Source of the DNA: an uncultured bacterium
GTDB taxonomy: Bacteria > Patescibacteriota > Minisyncoccia > Phycocordibacterales > UBA9973
Length of the DNA stretch: 64,000 nucleotides
Direction: 5' to 3'
NCBI GenBank assembly: GCA_903892035.1
Contig: CAITGV010000001.1
Location: 226,711-290,710, forward strand
Part shown: piece by piece, positions 38,739 to 48,402 of the stretch
Position numbering within the stretch: position 1 is the first letter of the stretch
Layout: the number at the start of each line of letters is the position of its first letter
The notes under the pieces: generated by a model
Told to the model about the DNA's origin: nothing
Database searches by the model: none
What the model saw: only the letters and a program-made list of their open reading frames with translations
Program-made: the position numbers and the translations under genes

Positions 38739-38768
38739 CTTGTACATATTTTTACTATAATATAAACA

Positions 38769-39752
38769 ATGAAAAGAATTTTATTTTCTTTCTTGATATT
38801 GGCTATATTTATGCCTTTTTCTCTGGCTCTTGCTGCTGGTCAAGTTTCAGCTTCAAGTATAAACGTCGCAATCAATCCTGAAGTTCCAGGACCAAATACA
38901 AATACTTCAATAACACTTTCGAGCTATGCGACAGACATAAATCGTGCATTAATCTCCTGGACACTAGACGGGAAGACGATGCAGTCTGGTATTGGAAAAA
39001 CAATTTTTTCTTTCACTACAAAAGGCGTAGGAACAGCCACAACAGTTACGGTAAATATAAGTATTGATTTACAACCCGCAATTACAAAAACAATAGTCAT
39101 TACTCCCGCAGATGTAGATATGCTTTGGGAAGCTATCGATTCATATGTGCCACCTTTCTACAAAGGTAAAGCCATGCCAAGCTCTGAAGCAAAAATAAAG
39201 GTCACAGCAATGCCCAATATAAAAGGCGCAAACGGAGTAAAAATAAAATCTTCAGATATGGTTTACAATTGGAAACACAATTACGACAACGATCCAAACG
39301 GTTCTGGTTACGGAAAAGATTCCTACATAGTAAATGCAAATTATTTAAATAATTCTGAAATTGTTGATTTGAGTGTTTCGTCAGTAAGCAATTCTAGTGC
39401 AGCATCGGGTAGGGCAGTGCTCGTGACTGGGGACCCTAAAATTGTTTTTTATCAAAAGGATCCACTTGAAGGAATAAAGTATGAAAATGCTTTAAAAACT
39501 GATTTAAATCTCTCAACAGATGAGACAACCTTGGTCGCAGAACCATATTTCTTTTCACCCGCTGATATAAATTCTTCAAAATATAAATACACATGGAACA
39601 TAAATGGTAGCGCAGTGGACACTCCAGCAAAAAAGAATGTGATGACTCTTCGAAAAGGACCAACTGGAGGAACTGCAAATATTTCTCTAGAAATCGAAAA
39701 CGTATTAAAATTATTCCAAGACGCAAAGCAGAATTTAAACATTAACTTCTAA
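38769..39752 (+). CDS. Secreted hypothetical protein (signal peptide, Ser/Thr/Asn-rich)
   Basis: Signal peptide MKRILFSFLILAIFMPFSLALAAG. Predicted beta-rich extracellular protein within the T4SS-like cluster. Confidence 0.45.
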   Translation: MKRILFSFLILAIFMPFSLALAAGQVSASSINVAINPEVPGPNTNTSITLSSYATDINRALISWTLDGKTMQSGIGKTIFSFTTKGVGTATTVTVNISIDLQPAITKTIVITPADVDMLWEAIDSYVPPFYKGKAMPSSEAKIKVTAMPNIKGANGVKIKSSDMVYNWKHNYDNDPNGSGYGKDSYIVNANYLNNSEIVDLSVSSVSNSSAASGRAVLVTGDPKIVFYQKDPLEGIKYENALKTDLNLSTDETTLVAEPYFFSPADINSSKYKYTWNINGSAVDTPAKKNVMTLRKGPTGGTANISLEIENVLKLFQDAKQNLNINF

Positions 39753-41890
39753 TGAAAATGAATAAAAAAATTAAAATAATTTTTCTATCCGCCTTATTGA
39801 TAATCACCGGATTTTTTGCAATCAAAGCAAGCGCTGCAACACCAGCAGGTTTTACAGGAACAACAGTAGCTGACGGCTCTACTTTATATAAATATGACTC
39901 AACTTGTGCAGTTGGTGCTGGAATATTCAAAAAACAACGCGGAATAATTGTCCCAACCAATGCAACGTCTGTATCAAAAGGTTACATATATTTCCATGGA
40001 TTAAACACATCCACAAACCCAACATCAGACTACATGTGTACTACTTCAGGACTTTGTGCTTCAGCAAAAGCTGAAAATTCAGTCATTTTTACACCTGAAA
40101 CAAATGTTACGGGACAGACTGCTCAAACAGTAGGATACAAAGATGAATTTGATTGTTTCATACAGGAAGCAAAAACAAAACTTCAATCACTTCATATTGG
40201 TGTTCCAAATACAATTGATATTGCAGGTCACAGTGCAGGAGCAAAACTTGTAATGAATACAGTGAACCTTGCGCCAGGGTTTTCCACAAGTAGTAGGGTG
40301 GACGCAATTATTTTTGATGGTTGCTATGGAAATTGGTGTAATCAAATTATTGCCTCGCCCCACACAAATCATGTATATCTTTACTATCAAACTCAAGATA
40401 CAGACGGTACTGGTCCACTTTCAATTGCCGCATATAATACAAATAAAACAAAAGCAAGTATTTTAAAAGTTGAGGCTGGACACTATAGAATTCCTGCAAA
40501 ATGTTTTATGGACCACATAAATGGAGATAAGTGTGGTGCTCCTGAAGTTCCTTCAGACCAAGGTTACAACGTAGATGTAAAACAGGTTGCGGGAACGGTG
40601 GCAAATTCTTCAAAAATTACGGTCACATATAGCGGTTTTACTGAAACAACTCCAGCTAGAATAAATATGGAATATGCAAGTGCTGCAGAAAATGACAGCC
40701 CAGCACAAAGTGCAACAATATCCATGACCGCAAGTTCAAGTCCTCAAACAATAGAAAAAACTTTTAGTAACCTTACAGACCAAACAGAATATAGAATTAC
40801 GGTTACAGAAGATAAATCGTTCGACGACCCTAGTAGATTATCGTATAGTGACCCTGTAACTTTTACTCAATCAACTGTAATAAATGGCAACGGGGATAAC
40901 AAACTTGATTGTAGTGATCCAAAAAATACAGACAATCAGGATTGTAAATGTACAACAGGGTATTGTTTACTTCAACCAATTGCGGGATTAAAAACTATTC
41001 CAGATAGTACATCAATTTCTACATATTTAAATATAATGTTTAAAATTGGTATTGGTCTAGCAGCTGTCCTTGCTGTGATAATGATCGTCATCGGTGGAAT
41101 ACAATATATGTCCACAGATGCAATATCTGGAAAAGAAGACGGCAAACACCGCATCAAGGGCGCTCTCACTGGCCTCATCCTCGCTCTCGGTGCATGGGCA
41201 CTTCTAAACACAATCAACCCCGACCTCGTCCTCATAAAACTCGACCTCAAAAGCGCACAAGTTAAGATAGACACCTCAAGTGTCGACGTACCAGCAACTA
41301 ATCTAACCACAGGCTCTCCTGTTTGTGGTGGTAAATACAAAGTTGGAGACGTATGGCAAGCAGATGATGTTATTAGAAAAAAATACACTGATACTTTTGG
41401 AAGCAGTTCAGTTAATGTTGGAAATTGTAAAACAGTTGGACAACATTCTTGTACCAGTCTTGCAGGGCTTCCAGATAGCACATACTCAGGTATGAAAAAA
41501 TTAGAAGATGCAATAATTAGTGCTCAAGTTAATATTCTACCTGGACCATCTTGTAAGGATTACACTTGTCTAGAAATCACAGGAGGTACTGAATGTTGGG
41601 ACCATGGGAACAGTCAAAGTACGCACATACCAGGAAGTGATGTTGTTGATTTGCTTAATAGTAACCAGTTAAATCAATTTTTAACAACTTTTGCAAATGG
41701 ATCAAATAATAATAAAGGATATACAAGAACTATAGGTCAATTTGGTTTAACACCAAATGCAACTCTCTATGTTTATCAATGGGGAGGAACAGGTAATGAT
41801 TATTTATCTATAGTTCACGAAACAGTACCAGACCATTTTCATGTTTTAAGTTGGATGGGACCACCACCGGCACAGTGGCCAAAACAATAA
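39752..41890 (+). CDS. Secreted multidomain protein: alpha/beta-hydrolase-like (GHSAG) N-domain + VirB2-pilin-like TM hairpin + Cys-rich C-domain
   Basis: Signal peptide. Nucleophile-elbow motif DIAGHSAGAKLV. Two hydrophobic helices separated by a short charged loop (IGIGLAAVLAVIMIVIGGIQYM-STDAISGKEDGKHRIKG-ALTGLILALGAWALLNTI), as in VirB2/TrbC pilins. C-terminal ~200 aa has 10 Cys. Confidence 0.5.
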   Translation: MKMNKKIKIIFLSALLIITGFFAIKASAATPAGFTGTTVADGSTLYKYDSTCAVGAGIFKKQRGIIVPTNATSVSKGYIYFHGLNTSTNPTSDYMCTTSGLCASAKAENSVIFTPETNVTGQTAQTVGYKDEFDCFIQEAKTKLQSLHIGVPNTIDIAGHSAGAKLVMNTVNLAPGFSTSSRVDAIIFDGCYGNWCNQIIASPHTNHVYLYYQTQDTDGTGPLSIAAYNTNKTKASILKVEAGHYRIPAKCFMDHINGDKCGAPEVPSDQGYNVDVKQVAGTVANSSKITVTYSGFTETTPARINMEYASAAENDSPAQSATISMTASSSPQTIEKTFSNLTDQTEYRITVTEDKSFDDPSRLSYSDPVTFTQSTVINGNGDNKLDCSDPKNTDNQDCKCTTGYCLLQPIAGLKTIPDSTSISTYLNIMFKIGIGLAAVLAVIMIVIGGIQYMSTDAISGKEDGKHRIKGALTGLILALGAWALLNTINPDLVLIKLDLKSAQVKIDTSSVDVPATNLTTGSPVCGGKYKVGDVWQADDVIRKKYTDTFGSSSVNVGNCKTVGQHSCTSLAGLPDSTYSGMKKLEDAIISAQVNILPGPSCKDYTCLEITGGTECWDHGNSQSTHIPGSDVVDLLNSNQLNQFLTTFANGSNNNKGYTRTIGQFGLTPNATLYVYQWGGTGNDYLSIVHETVPDHFHVLSWMGPPPAQWPKQ

Positions 41891-41892
41891 TA

Positions 41893-41944
41893 TTTATGTC
41901 AAAACAAAAATTCATCTTCATAGTTTCAATGGTAATCGTCGGAT
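41893..41944 (+). repeat. 52-bp direct repeat, left copy (contains a 16-codon duplicate of the 5' end of the gene at 43211)
   Basis: Identical over 52 nt to 43208-43259. Encodes MSKQKFIFIVSMVIVG then a stop. Confidence 0.85.
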
Positions 41945-41946
41945 AG
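41896..41946 (+). pseudogene. Truncated duplicate of the N-terminus of the downstream beta-propeller membrane protein gene
   Basis: ATG at 41896. MSKQKFIFIVSMVIVG* is identical to the first 16 codons of the gene starting at 43211. Confidence 0.6.
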
Positions 41947-41988
41947 GGTTAGTGGGTTTAGACACTGATGATTTGTGCATACCTATAT

Positions 41989-42016
41989 TTGACAAAAAAT
42001 TGGTAGTTGCTATACT
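41989..42016 (+). promoter_or_regulatory. Strong sigma70-like promoter TTGACA-16-TATACT driving the DUF4143 ATPase gene
   Basis: Consensus -35 TTGACA (41989-41994) and TATACT (42011-42016), 8 nt upstream of the ATG at 42025. Confidence 0.55.
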
Positions 42017-42024
42017 AGTTTTAT

Positions 42025-43161
42025 ATGGAAAATTATATAAACCGGAGCTATAAAATAGAAGACCTAGTAATCGCAGGTAAAGTTCTTGTAGTATACGGTC
42101 CAAGAAGATCCGGTAAAACAACCTTAATAAAAAACTATACTGACAAATTAAAAACGAATTTTTTAGTAGATTCTGGAGACAATATCATAGTGCAAGAAAT
42201 TTTAAGTTCTGGTGATACAAATAGAATACTTGCCCGAGTTGAGGGATTATCTGTATATGTACTTGATGAAGCGCAAAATGTCGCGAACATTGGGCAGGCA
42301 CTTAAAATAATAATTGACGCAAGACCCGATCTGATAGTCATAGCTACAGGATCTTCCTCATTTGATCTAGCAAATAAATTAGGAGAACCATTGGTCGGTA
42401 GAAGAGAAATTGTTACACTATACCCCTTTGCACTTCAAGAACTAAATAAAAATTTTCCAAGAAACATACTTGATGATAATTTAAACTCTTTTCTTGTTTA
42501 TGGCCTTTACCCGCAGGTTTACAATTCAAAAACTAATTTCGAAAAGGAATCTCGTTTGCAAGAAATAGTGGAAGGATATTTGCTAAAAGATATTTTTGCT
42601 TTGGAACAAATAAAGTCACCTTCAAAATTGTTGCATTTAATTAAGCTACTTGCGCAATATATAGGCCAGCCGATAGCACTAAATAAACTAGCAGGAGAAG
42701 TTGGTCTCAATCAAAAAACAGTAGAAAGATATTTAGATCTTTTGGAAAAAACTTTTGTTATAAAAAAAATTATGCCTTTTTCAACAAAACTCAGCCAGAG
42801 CTTGAAATTTAAACCTAAATATTATTTTTACGATCTTGGTATTAGAAATTCATTGCTTGGAAATTTCCTACCTCCACCTGAAAGAGCTGATGTGGGTAGT
42901 CTATGGGAAAACTTTTGTTATATTGAAATAATTAAATTGAATGCTTACAAAAGAAAATCTCATCCTCAATATTTTTTCTATAAGTCATACCAAAATAATG
43001 ATGAAATTGATATAATTGAAGAATACAATGGGTACAAAGCCTTTGAGTGTAAGTGGAAATTTAGCAGAGATATGGTAAATATGGAAGAGTGGGACAATGC
43101 ATACCCAAACTCAAAAATTAAAGTGATAACAAGAGATAATTATTACGATTTTATTGTCTAG
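42025..43161 (+). CDS. AAA+ ATPase of the DUF4143/COG1373 family
   Basis: N-terminal P-loop VVYGPRRSGKTTLIKN, Walker B VYVLDEAQ, C-terminal region typical of DUF4143 ATPases. Confidence 0.7.
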   Translation: MENYINRSYKIEDLVIAGKVLVVYGPRRSGKTTLIKNYTDKLKTNFLVDSGDNIIVQEILSSGDTNRILARVEGLSVYVLDEAQNVANIGQALKIIIDARPDLIVIATGSSSFDLANKLGEPLVGRREIVTLYPFALQELNKNFPRNILDDNLNSFLVYGLYPQVYNSKTNFEKESRLQEIVEGYLLKDIFALEQIKSPSKLLHLIKLLAQYIGQPIALNKLAGEVGLNQKTVERYLDLLEKTFVIKKIMPFSTKLSQSLKFKPKYYFYDLGIRNSLLGNFLPPPERADVGSLWENFCYIEIIKLNAYKRKSHPQYFFYKSYQNNDEIDIIEEYNGYKAFECKWKFSRDMVNMEEWDNAYPNSKIKVITRDNYYDFIV

Positions 43162-43207
43162 AGATAGTAGTTTAATTTTATTTGCATTATAATGATACAA
43201 GCACACA

Positions 43208-43259
43208 TTTTATGTCAAAACAAAAATTCATCTTCATAGTTTCAATGGTAATCGTCGGA
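43208..43259 (+). repeat. 52-bp direct repeat, right copy (native 5' end of the downstream gene)
   Basis: Identical to 41893-41944. Confidence 0.85.
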
Positions 43260-44591
43260 TTGATTTTGGCATTTTGGATTGCCTCTGTTTTTATCACTAA
43301 ACAAAAAAGTGGGGGAGGACCAGTAACAATTCGAGATTTTTTTCCTATTTCAAATAGTCCAATTTCAAATACACCACCAGTAAACATAAATGGAAATGGT
43401 GAAACACTACCAACAGACAACGGTAATACAAACACTCCACCAAAATTCCGCCAAATTTCAAACTTTGCAGTAGCGGGTGCAACAGTTGTAGATGAAACAC
43501 CAGTGGCTCCTATTGTGGCAAAAACAAAGGTATCAAAAACAGTTCCAGCGACTCCTCCAATACCTCCAGTTTACGCTATACGCTACGTAGAACGCGCTAC
43601 AGGGCATTTATTTGAACAAATACTAGGAAGCTGGACTGAGAAAAAAGTTACGAATACGACGATTCCAAGCATTTACGAAGCAATGTTTGGAAATAATGGA
43701 AATTCTGCATTCTTGCGCTATTTAAATAGTGACAATCAAACAATTGAGAGTTTTTCTGGTTCAATTCCACTTCCAAAAGTACCAGCAAAAACTGCAAGTA
43801 CAACAGTTACGACTACAAATACTGCGACAGTAGCAAATGCTCTACCTATTGGAAATGATGTGGCAGAAACTCCAATACCAGAACTACTTGGTACATTTTT
43901 TCCTGAAAATATTTCAAGTGCAGTAGTATCTCCAGACGGAAGCAAAGTCTTTTATTTAAGTAGTTTTGGAGATCAAACTCTTGGTACATCAGCAAATCTC
44001 GACGGTACTAAAAAATCTCAATTCTTTACATCGAGTTTTAGTGAGTGGATTCCACAGTGGCCAACAGCTCGCATAATGACAATAACAACAAAAGCTTCTG
44101 CAAGCGTCCCAGGTTTTGTTTATACCCTAGACACACAAACAGGAGATATGAATAAAATTATTGGAGGACTTAAGGGGCTCACAACGCTTACAAGCAGTGA
44201 TGGAAAAAATATGCTTTACAGTGTATCAAATGGTAAAGATTTTTCACTTTATTCATATTCACTCAAAACAAATACAACAACAAATTTAAATATAAAAACA
44301 CTTCCAGAGAAGTGTGTGTGGTCAAGTGACAATATTACAGTTTACTGTGGTGTTCCAGTAAGTCCCGACGCTGGTGCTTACCCAGATGTATGGTACCAAG
44401 GTCTTACATCTTTCAATGACCAAATTTGGAAAATAAATACAGCTACAAGTGAGTTCAATATGATTGGTGACCCAAATTCCGATGTAAATGTATCGATGGA
44501 TGCGACAAAATTAATTCTCGACAAAACAGAGAGTAACCTATTTATAGTAAACAAAAAAGATTCTAAATTGTGGAGTCTAGCTCTACAGTAA
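43211..44591 (+). CDS. Membrane-anchored protein with predicted beta-propeller (TolB-like) periplasmic domain
   Basis: Start at the ATG of MSKQKFIF (the ORF-track start at 43182 is upstream of the repeat). N-terminal TM, Pro-rich linker, repeated SPDGSKVFY / SSDGKNMLYS motifs as in TolB/WD40-like propeller blades. Confidence 0.5.
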
Positions 44592-45069
44592 TATATTTAA
44601 TTTTTACTCGGCGTTCTCTTCCAACACCGACAGATTCAGTGGTGATGTCTTTTGCATTTGTGAGAAAAGCGTGAACTATTCTTCTTTCATATGAAGACAT
44701 CGGGTCAAGCTCAATACTTGACTTGAAAAAACGTGCACGCTCAGCCATCATATGAGCGGTGGCTTTTATATTTTCATGTTTCTTTTTTTGAAAACCATTT
44801 ATATCAATAGTGAAAAGAAATGGTACATTATTCATTTTTCCATTTTCATCTTTTGAAAAATCAGTCTTATTTTCAATCATTCTTTTTAAGATATGATTGA
44901 TGGCATCTAGTGTTTCACCGTCACGACCCAATAAAAATTGAGGCTCAGAAGTTTTCACTGAAAACCATGTAGTACCTTCTTCATCCATTGTAGTTTCAAT
45001 TTCCTCTGTTGCAAGAGGAATATTTCTTAAAAACTCTTCTATCATTTTTTGATATTCTTGATTTTTCAT
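44563..45069 (-). CDS. jag: Jag/KhpB-like RNA-binding protein (KH + R3H domains)
   Basis: R3H motif SYERRIVHAFL. Conserved position downstream of yidC. Confidence 0.65.
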   Translation of the reverse strand: MKNQEYQKMIEEFLRNIPLATEEIETTMDEEGTTWFSVKTSEPQFLLGRDGETLDAINHILKRMIENKTDFSKDENGKMNNVPFLFTIDINGFQKKKHENIKATAHMMAERARFFKSSIELDPMSSYERRIVHAFLTNAKDITTESVGVGRERRVKIKYITVELDSTI

Positions 45070-45070
45070 A

Positions 45071-45835
45071 TTATTGAATTACAGCAACATTTGCATATTT
45101 TTTCTGCAAAGTTTTCTGTTGAATTACTGCGTAAATATTATTTACAATCCAGTAAAGAGAAACTGCAACTGGAACTTGGAAGTAAGCTAAAAGAAAAATC
45201 ATCACTGGTAGAAAATATTTCATTTGTGACTGCATATTTTTCATCATTTGGTCTTGCATTGATTCTCCAGCAACTCCTGGTGCTGGTTTTGGTGTGAGCA
45301 TTGCAAATTGCATATATTGAGCCCCCGCAACTAAAATTGAGAACAATAAATTCTTTTTAGCTGTAAGATCTATGAAACCTAAAAAATGTATATTGATATG
45401 CGCTGGCATGTGCACAAAAGAATATAGAGAGCTAACCTGATTCATATCTAAACCTTTGGTAAAAACCCAATACAATGTTCCTAATATTGGAATTTGAATG
45501 AGTAGTGGAAGACAACCAGCAAAAGGATTTACTTTATGAATTTTATAAAGTTCAAAAGTTTTTTTATTTAACTCTTGTTTATTGTCAGCATATTTTTCTT
45601 TTAATTTGTTTATTTCGGGCTCTAACTTTCTCATTTCAAGCTGGCTTTTGATGGCCTTGCGAGTAAAAGGGGAGAGTATAAACTTAATAAGTAAAGTAAG
45701 TAAAATAATAGCTACCCCAGCGTCAGCCATCGGAGAAATATTCAAAAGTAAAACTAAAGTATTATATAAAGGGCGAAACAAAAGAGTTGTACCAATAAAG
45801 TGAAACATCCCGCTATTGTAACTCGAAAATGCCAA
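45071..45835 (-). CDS. yidC: Membrane protein insertase YidC (short form)
   Basis: NAGVAIILLTLLIKFILSP, NPFAGCLPLLIQIPIL motifs of the YidC/Oxa1 core. Confidence 0.8.
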   Translation of the reverse strand: MAFSSYNSGMFHFIGTTLLFRPLYNTLVLLLNISPMADAGVAIILLTLLIKFILSPFTRKAIKSQLEMRKLEPEINKLKEKYADNKQELNKKTFELYKIHKVNPFAGCLPLLIQIPILGTLYWVFTKGLDMNQVSSLYSFVHMPAHINIHFLGFIDLTAKKNLLFSILVAGAQYMQFAMLTPKPAPGVAGESMQDQMMKNMQSQMKYFLPVMIFLLAYFQVPVAVSLYWIVNNIYAVIQQKTLQKKYANVAVIQ

Positions 45836-45851
45836 AAAAGAAAGCTAAAAA

Positions 45852-46094
45852 TTATTTTACTGGGTCATAATCTGCGTGTGAAAATGGATTACATCGCAAT
45901 ATTCTTTTAATTGTCATTTTTCCACCCACAATTGCACCATATTTTTGTATTGCCTGTATGCCATATTCCGAACAAGTAGGGTAAAAAGAACATACTTGTC
46001 TTCTAACTAGACCTATTTTCTTTAAAAAACCATGATCTGGTGAAATAGTCTTTTGATAAATAACTATCAATAAAATTAAGGCTTTTTTAGGCAT
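45852..46094 (-). CDS. yidD: Membrane protein insertion efficiency factor YidD
   Basis: ISP.....[10 protein letters not shown]...RC.P motif. Confidence 0.75.
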   Translation of the reverse strand: MPKKALILLIVIYQKTISPDHGFLKKIGLVRRQVCSFYPTCSEYGIQAIQKYGAIVGGKMTIKRILRCNPFSHADYDPVK

Positions 46095-46455
46095 TTATTC
46101 TATTTAATACATTTTTAAGAATTTCATTTACAGAGGATTCTATTTCTTCATATTTCATATTTTTACTCCCCTTAGAATAGAAAAAGGCTAGAGAAAATGG
46201 CTTTTTGGTGAAATTACCTTGTAAATATTGACTATTTTGTATAACTGAATAACCTTGGCGTCGAAGCTTATTTCTATCTACAGCAAGCTTTGCGACACTT
46301 TTAGGAGCCACAAAAGAAAAAAGGCACTCATTTTTTGCATTTTGACCTTGTAAAACAAGGGCTTTTGCTCTAATTAAGCCACAACTAAAAGAAACACCAT
46401 TTTTCATGGTTTCAGTAAAAAGGACTCTTGAAATCCTGTTTTTCTTTGGAATCAT
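46087..46455 (-). CDS. rnpA: Ribonuclease P protein component
   Basis: [13 protein letters not shown] (RNR motif). Conserved position between rpmH and yidD. Confidence 0.7.
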   Translation of the reverse strand: MIPKKNRISRVLFTETMKNGVSFSCGLIRAKALVLQGQNAKNECLFSFVAPKSVAKLAVDRNKLRRQGYSVIQNSQYLQGNFTKKPFSLAFFYSKGSKNMKYEEIESSVNEILKNVLNRINA

Positions 46456-46466
46456 TCAATTAAGCC

Positions 46467-46628
46467 TTATTTTGCAGCCTTTTTGTGCTTAGGAGAAACA
46501 GTGAGTTTCGCGCGTCCCTTTTGGCGACGACGACGAAGAACATTTTTACCATTTGTACTCTTTGAACGGACAAGAAAACCGTGGGTTTTTGCTCGTTTTC
46601 TCTTTTTTGGTTGGTATGTTTGTGACAT
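46467..46628 (-). CDS. rpmH: 50S ribosomal protein L34
   Basis: Minus-strand translation [45 protein letters not shown]... This ORF is absent from the track because a different frame (46460..46663) was listed instead. Confidence 0.8.
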   Translation of the reverse strand: MSQTYQPKKRKRAKTHGFLVRSKSTNGKNVLRRRRQKGRAKLTVSPKHKKAAK

Positions 46629-46825
46629 GACAATACAATACACCATTTATACGAAAAAATCAAATTATTTTACCCATTTAAAAACAGGGGATAGAGACAC
46701 ACCAAAATATCCTTTAGTACCAAGCTTATTTTAGTAAAAATATTCTTATCAACAGCTTATCAACATAGTAATGAAGTTATACAGTGTTTCCCCTTTTCAA
46801 TTCTGAGTATTATAATAGGGAAGCT
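46629..46825. promoter_or_regulatory. rpmH/dnaA intergenic region with tandem DnaA-box-like motifs (oriC-associated / dnaA promoter)
   Basis: cTTATCAACAgcTTATCAACA (two 8/9 matches to TTATCCACA), plus an AT-rich stretch. Confidence 0.5.
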
Positions 46826-48184
46826 ATGGAAGATACAAAAAAAGTTTGGGAAAATTGTTTGGGTGAAATTGAACTTGGAGTTTCTAAGGCAAATTTCAGT
46901 ACATGGTTTAGAAATACTCATATAATTAAAGAAGAGATGGGGTCAGTCTATCTTGGTGTGCCAAATGAATTCGTGAAAGATTGGTTATTGAATAAATACC
47001 ATAAATTAATACTAAAGACTTTAATGGGTTTTCATGAAGACATCCGCTCTTTGGAATATGTAATTGTAAAAAATGAAGGTGGACATAAAGAAAATCAACC
47101 ACAAGTATCTGAGACAGCAAAACCAATGCCGAATAAAGAATTACCTTTGGCAGATTTATATATAAACAAAGACGATAACCTGAACCCACGTTACATCTTT
47201 GATTCTTTTATTGTTGGATCATTCAATGAGCTTGGCTACGCAGCGGGGCAGGCCATCATTAAAGCTCCTGGGACAGCCTACAACCCGTTTTTTATATACG
47301 GCCCGACAGGTTTAGGTAAAACACATTTAATACAAGCTATAGGCAATTCCATCAAAGCTAAATATACAGAAAAAAAAGTTCACTATATTACTTTAGAAAA
47401 ATTTGCTACAGACCTCGTGAATGCACTTCAAACAAACAAAGCAAATTCATTTAAAGATAAATATAGAAAATATGATGTTTTAATCATCGACGATATCCAA
47501 TTTGTGGGGAAGATGGAAAAAACCCAAGAGGAACTGTTTCATACCTTCAATACTTTTCATGAAAACCAGAAACAGATTATTTTTTCATCTGATAAACACC
47601 CAAACTACATCCCAGGGCTAGAAGATCGTTTAAAATCAAGGTTTTCGGCTGGTATGATCGTAGATATCAACGAACCAGAGATAGAATCTCGTATAGCAAT
47701 ACTGAAAGCAAAAGTAAAAGATAGTGAGTATTTGATACCAGATGAAATCATAGAATACATAGCTTCGTCGATACAAGGAAACATTCGAGAATTAGAAGGA
47801 AGTTTAAATGCTATTGTATGCCAAACGGGGGTAAAAGGAAGATCTCTTTCATTGAGTGAAGTTAAAAGTTTAATCAAAAATAATATTAAACCAAAGAAAA
47901 ATATCTCTGTGAAAGAAGTGGTTAAAGTTGTTTCTGAGTTTTATAATGTCGACGAAATGACAATATATGAAACAACAAGGAGAAAAGAGATTGTGAAAGC
48001 AAGGCAAATGGTAATGTTTATTTTACGTGAGGACTTCAATGTATCTTACCCATTAATAGGTCAGAAACTCGGGGGTAAAGACCACACAACAGTAATACAC
48101 TCATGTTTAAAGATAAAAGAGGGAATTAAAAATGATCCATCAATTTTACAAGAATTAGAGCAATTACGTGCAATGTTTAAATAG
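46826..48184 (+). CDS. dnaA: Chromosomal replication initiator DnaA
   Basis: GPTGLGKTHL Walker A, DDIQF, C-terminal DNA-binding helix. Start set at MEDTKKVWENCL to give the canonical N-terminus. Confidence 0.9.
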   Translation: MEDTKKVWENCLGEIELGVSKANFSTWFRNTHIIKEEMGSVYLGVPNEFVKDWLLNKYHKLILKTLMGFHEDIRSLEYVIVKNEGGHKENQPQVSETAKPMPNKELPLADLYINKDDNLNPRYIFDSFIVGSFNELGYAAGQAIIKAPGTAYNPFFIYGPTGLGKTHLIQAIGNSIKAKYTEKKVHYITLEKFATDLVNALQTNKANSFKDKYRKYDVLIIDDIQFVGKMEKTQEELFHTFNTFHENQKQIIFSSDKHPNYIPGLEDRLKSRFSAGMIVDINEPEIESRIAILKAKVKDSEYLIPDEIIEYIASSIQGNIRELEGSLNAIVCQTGVKGRSLSLSEVKSLIKNNIKPKKNISVKEVVKVVSEFYNVDEMTIYETTRRKEIVKARQMVMFILREDFNVSYPLIGQKLGGKDHTTVIHSCLKIKEGIKNDPSILQELEQLRAMFK

Positions 48185-48402
48185 TGTTGATAATTTTGTG
48201 GATAAAGTAGTGAAAAAGATTGTTAATAAAAATATAAAGTGGGGATAAAAATTTAATAATTTTTTAAAAAAAAGTTATTAAATAGATTACACACAAAAGA
48301 TATCAAAAATAAAACAGTAAATAGGTTGATAAATATAAACAAAAGATACTTATCCACTTATCCACATGTATAGTATTAATAGTAATTTAATATATAGAAT
48401 AT
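48185..48402. other. Candidate oriC: AT-rich dnaA-dnaN spacer with multiple DnaA boxes
   Basis: TTGTGGATAA (perfect box, reverse orientation), GTGGGGATAA, and tandem TTATCCACTTATCCACA. Highly AT-rich with A/T tracts. Confidence 0.6.

Noticed and set aside
40972-41481. 169-aa minus-strand ORF inside the 712-aa secreted protein gene
   Set aside because: Antisense shadow ORF with Pro/Arg/Ser-rich composition and no motif.
46460-46663. 67-aa minus-strand ORF listed in the track
   Set aside because: Wrong frame. The overlapping frame at 46467-46628 encodes a textbook L34 ([18 protein letters not shown]...).
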